Below, in pieces: positions 61,191-64,000 of a DNA stretch of 64,000 nucleotides (position 1 is the stretch's first letter; every line of letters starts with the position of its first letter). A program made the position numbers and the translations under genes. This DNA is from Amphiscolops sp. MND2022 (Eukaryota). Where the stretch lies: NCBI GenBank assembly GCA_964187785.1, contig OZ076410.1:63736001-63800000 (forward strand), in the 5' to 3' direction. The notes beneath the pieces are model-generated. The model searched no databases. It saw nothing but the letters and a program-made list of their open reading frames with translations, and was not told the DNA's origin.

Positions 61191-61307
61191 TAGGAAAGAT
61201 GTAAATAATCGAAAATGGAATATGTTCTTTGGAAAAAGAAACAAGACGGGAACGTCTCAAGTCGGCGCCCCACTTAAGGCTCAAAAGGCGCAAATCTTTT
61301 AAAATAT

Positions 61308-62119
61308 CCCATGTTGAGCACTCCCTGCGAATCTGTACAGATCTGTACAGATCCTGACAGATATTCCAGGATTTTTCGAAAATTAACTAGTCAAAAAACA
61401 GTTTTGAAATTGAAATTAGTTGAATAAAAAGTGCTCTACAAGATACACACGCCTCCTAGTTAAAGTTTTGAAAAAAGTTTCTGTGCGAATCTGTACAGAT
61501 CTGTACAGATCCTGACAGATATTCCAGGATTGGTCGTAAATTAACCATACAAAAATGACCAATAAATTACTATAACGTATTCCAAGTTTCCAGCAATTAC
61601 TAAAACTACTCCAGCTAACCATCTTCCCGAAAAAATTACAACCACATTCCTTTATCAACTCCTCTACCAACCCAGACGGTAGCCACATGTATAATTACAT
61701 CCGCCAAATCGAAGTCAATATAGCAAACGAGCTGCTCAAAGTTGAACAGCAACTTCTGGAAAGTTCGAGTGAAATAGATAAATTACCGTGCAAAACCTAT
61801 ACCGAACATTCCCCAGACACCAAAATTACCTTGATGGGGACAAGTTTTCCTGCTCAAGAATTTTGAGTGATGGAGATTTTCAACTGACTGAGCCTTGGTC
61901 AGCAAAAATACTTGTTGAAGAAGCACAAAAATGCTTTTCTTTCCCAGAAGCTCCGCGAAAAAGTTTCCTGAACAATCTGTACAGAAAATCCTTGAACATC
62001 CTTTAAGATCCTTGAAGATCTGCAGTTGTCCTTAGGAAGCAGTGGCACGATCTTTACAGATCCTCAAGGAAAAAAGGCTCACAGATCTGTACAGATTCTC
62101 AAGGAAAACTCAACATGGG
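61308..62119. mobile_element. Non-autonomous EnSpm/CMC-like DNA transposon C
   Basis: TIR CCCATGTTGAG, 2-bp TSD AT, subterminal AGATCTGTAC/AGATCC repeats, and a 46-bp direct repeat near the left end. Confidence 0.75.
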
Positions 62120-63204
62120 ATGCTCTTTGATGATCTCATATCATTTAACAATTATGGTTGAGTCTAAATCTAATTGTTTATGTACTATTGGTTTAACACG
62201 TTGACTGAACTTGTTCAATTAGGAAGGACGGAGAGAAAAATTCTCAATTTTCGAATCTATATTTTCGTTATATGATACGTGAACTTTAGACTGCTCAAAT
62301 TCTAATATTGAAGGTGCCACATTATGCGTAACGTTTAATTCTATCTCGGATTCGTCTTTGTGGAAGCACTTTTATTGGATCTCATTTCTATCAAAATTGC
62401 TTCAAATTTGCCATCTATCTCCAGTTTCATTCTTCCAATCGTTTCGCTATTCCCCTCTTCAAAGATCTTTTTACCATGCATGTATTTCGTTGCTTACTTG
62501 TGTAGCGTCTGTTAGCTGAGTGTTTAAACTATTCTACCTGAATAGGTTTTGGTTTTGACATTTTCCAAGTTTCAATAGCTTGATATCAAGATATATATGT
62601 TTCGACTACCTTAATTGAGCTCAAAGCACTTTCTGGTGAAAACTCCACACTTTTAGACCTTCTTTCTGTTCTTTTTTAAATCTTTAAGTTGGTGACAAGA
62701 TGATCGAGAGTGAAGAAACAGTTGTAATAAACGCTTCAGCGAGAGACAATCATCAGAGTTGTTGAAGGTTTAGATATAGGAAAATCGATAGAATTGAAAT
62801 GAAATGAAAAAAGTAATCGTACATTTAATAATCTGCTCTGGTTAAGGGGTTGTGAAGATCCAACCATTTTTCAAGCGAATGAGCAAAACTGCCTTGGTAC
62901 CCCCTCTTTTCCCAACTGGGAACAAGCAGTAACATGGCATATACTTTGTGCATGTCATGCTAACGTCAGGCTCAGAAGAACCTGACGCAGAGACCGAGTG
63001 ACTATATTCAAAGCGTTTAATGCAAACCTACTCTTCATAACTTTGCTTCAATTTCAAGCGGTTGTAAACCATTAATACCGTTCACTCATTCCGTGACGTG
63101 AGCAGAAGTTGTAAATCAGGACTATTGTGTGTTAATATGTAATTCTACCCATGCATTAAGATCCCGTTGGAACGTATTTCTGCACACACATTTCTTTCTG
63201 TAAA

Positions 63205-63535
63205 ATGCATAATGACTCAACACTATCGGGCAACCACAGTCAACATTGTTCGTTCTGCCATAAAGAATGCAAAGCAGATGAATATCACTGGGTTATGGTC
63301 TGCGAGAACTTTAGAGACATAAGGGAAGAACTTATCCCGAAATTTTTTCAATCGTTTCTAAATATAACGAAATTTGACCAGCTGATGAATTCCATGAATA
63401 TTGAACTTCTTGAAAATCTTTCTGCTCTGTGCGGTGCTATATGTAATGCTGGAACGTCTGGTACCAGCTAATCAACCTGTCTTGTAATTAATACGCCCTT
63501 TGGACAACAAATTAATAATAAATATTCAAAAAAAA
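63205..63535 (+). pseudogene. 3' end of a LINE (C-terminal Cys-His region, 3' UTR and A-rich tail)
   Basis: CSFC...DEYHWVMVC..FRDIRE..IPKFF...KFDQLM matches the common LINE ORF2 C-terminal CxxC..DExH...C pattern and is followed by AATAAATATTCAAAAAAA. Confidence 0.7.
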
Positions 63536-63829
63536 TCCACAAATTGAAGAGTACAGAGTCAGCATCTCCCATAAAGAAATATTATCAAAATGCATTAGTA
63601 TGCATTTGCTAAATTATTACATATGACATTTATTTACGAAAAAAATTACTCACAATACAGCATCATATTGTACAATTTACATCAATGTATTATTCAAATC
63701 GTAACACTGAGAAAACAAATGCAAATGGGACGGGTGTCAATGAAAAGTAATGTTTAGGATGTTTATTAACAGAAGAACAGTTTTTGATCGTTAGTTTCAA
63801 GAGCGTCTGATGTGCGTAATTGGGAGGCG

Positions 63830-63946
63830 GAAATTTCGTCGCCAGAAATTTCGTCGTCAAAAATTTCGTCGTAAGAAATTTCGTCGTATTAGCAAATCCA
63901 GAAATTTCGTCGTCAGAAAATTCGTCGTCGGAAATTTCGTCGTATT
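63830..63946. repeat. 15-bp tandem repeat (GAAATTTCGTCGTCA), 4 + 3 units
   Basis: Directly visible. Both blocks end in CGTATT. Confidence 0.9.
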
Positions 63947-64000
63947 GATTAGAATAACAGCGTTCATCAAAAGATATCATTTGAATTCTACAGTTACTTA

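Noticed and set aside
63830-63946. CRISPR-like array (also considered for the AGATC repeats)
   Set aside because: Units are contiguous without unique spacers, no cas genes are present, and the context is eukaryotic.

Overview
Eukaryotic, AT-rich, transposon-dense DNA, probably from an invertebrate animal (GT-AG introns; BEL/Pao, Ty3/Gypsy, LINE, Tc1 and EnSpm-like elements). No prokaryotic features. Host genes are an intronless CCCH zinc-finger ORF (18147-19004, -) and a spliced EF-hand gene (-) whose last intron (~24 kb, 33360-57351) holds a full-length Gypsy, a young BEL/Pao element and several MITEs. Two observations stand out. (1) All three mutually divergent BEL/Pao elements carry the same extra ~200-codon ORF ('ORF X', SGNH/esterase-like motifs) between the PBS and gag-pol. 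It is intact at 54845-55447 and decayed at 12254-13068 and 22525-23092. (2) A 739-bp retroposon inserted in the Gypsy pol (43834-44572, 9-bp TSD) consists of a 5' HDV-like ribozyme fold, a four-zinc-finger reading frame and an A/GAA tail, with no RT. All alignments and folds were done by eye and need computational confirmation.
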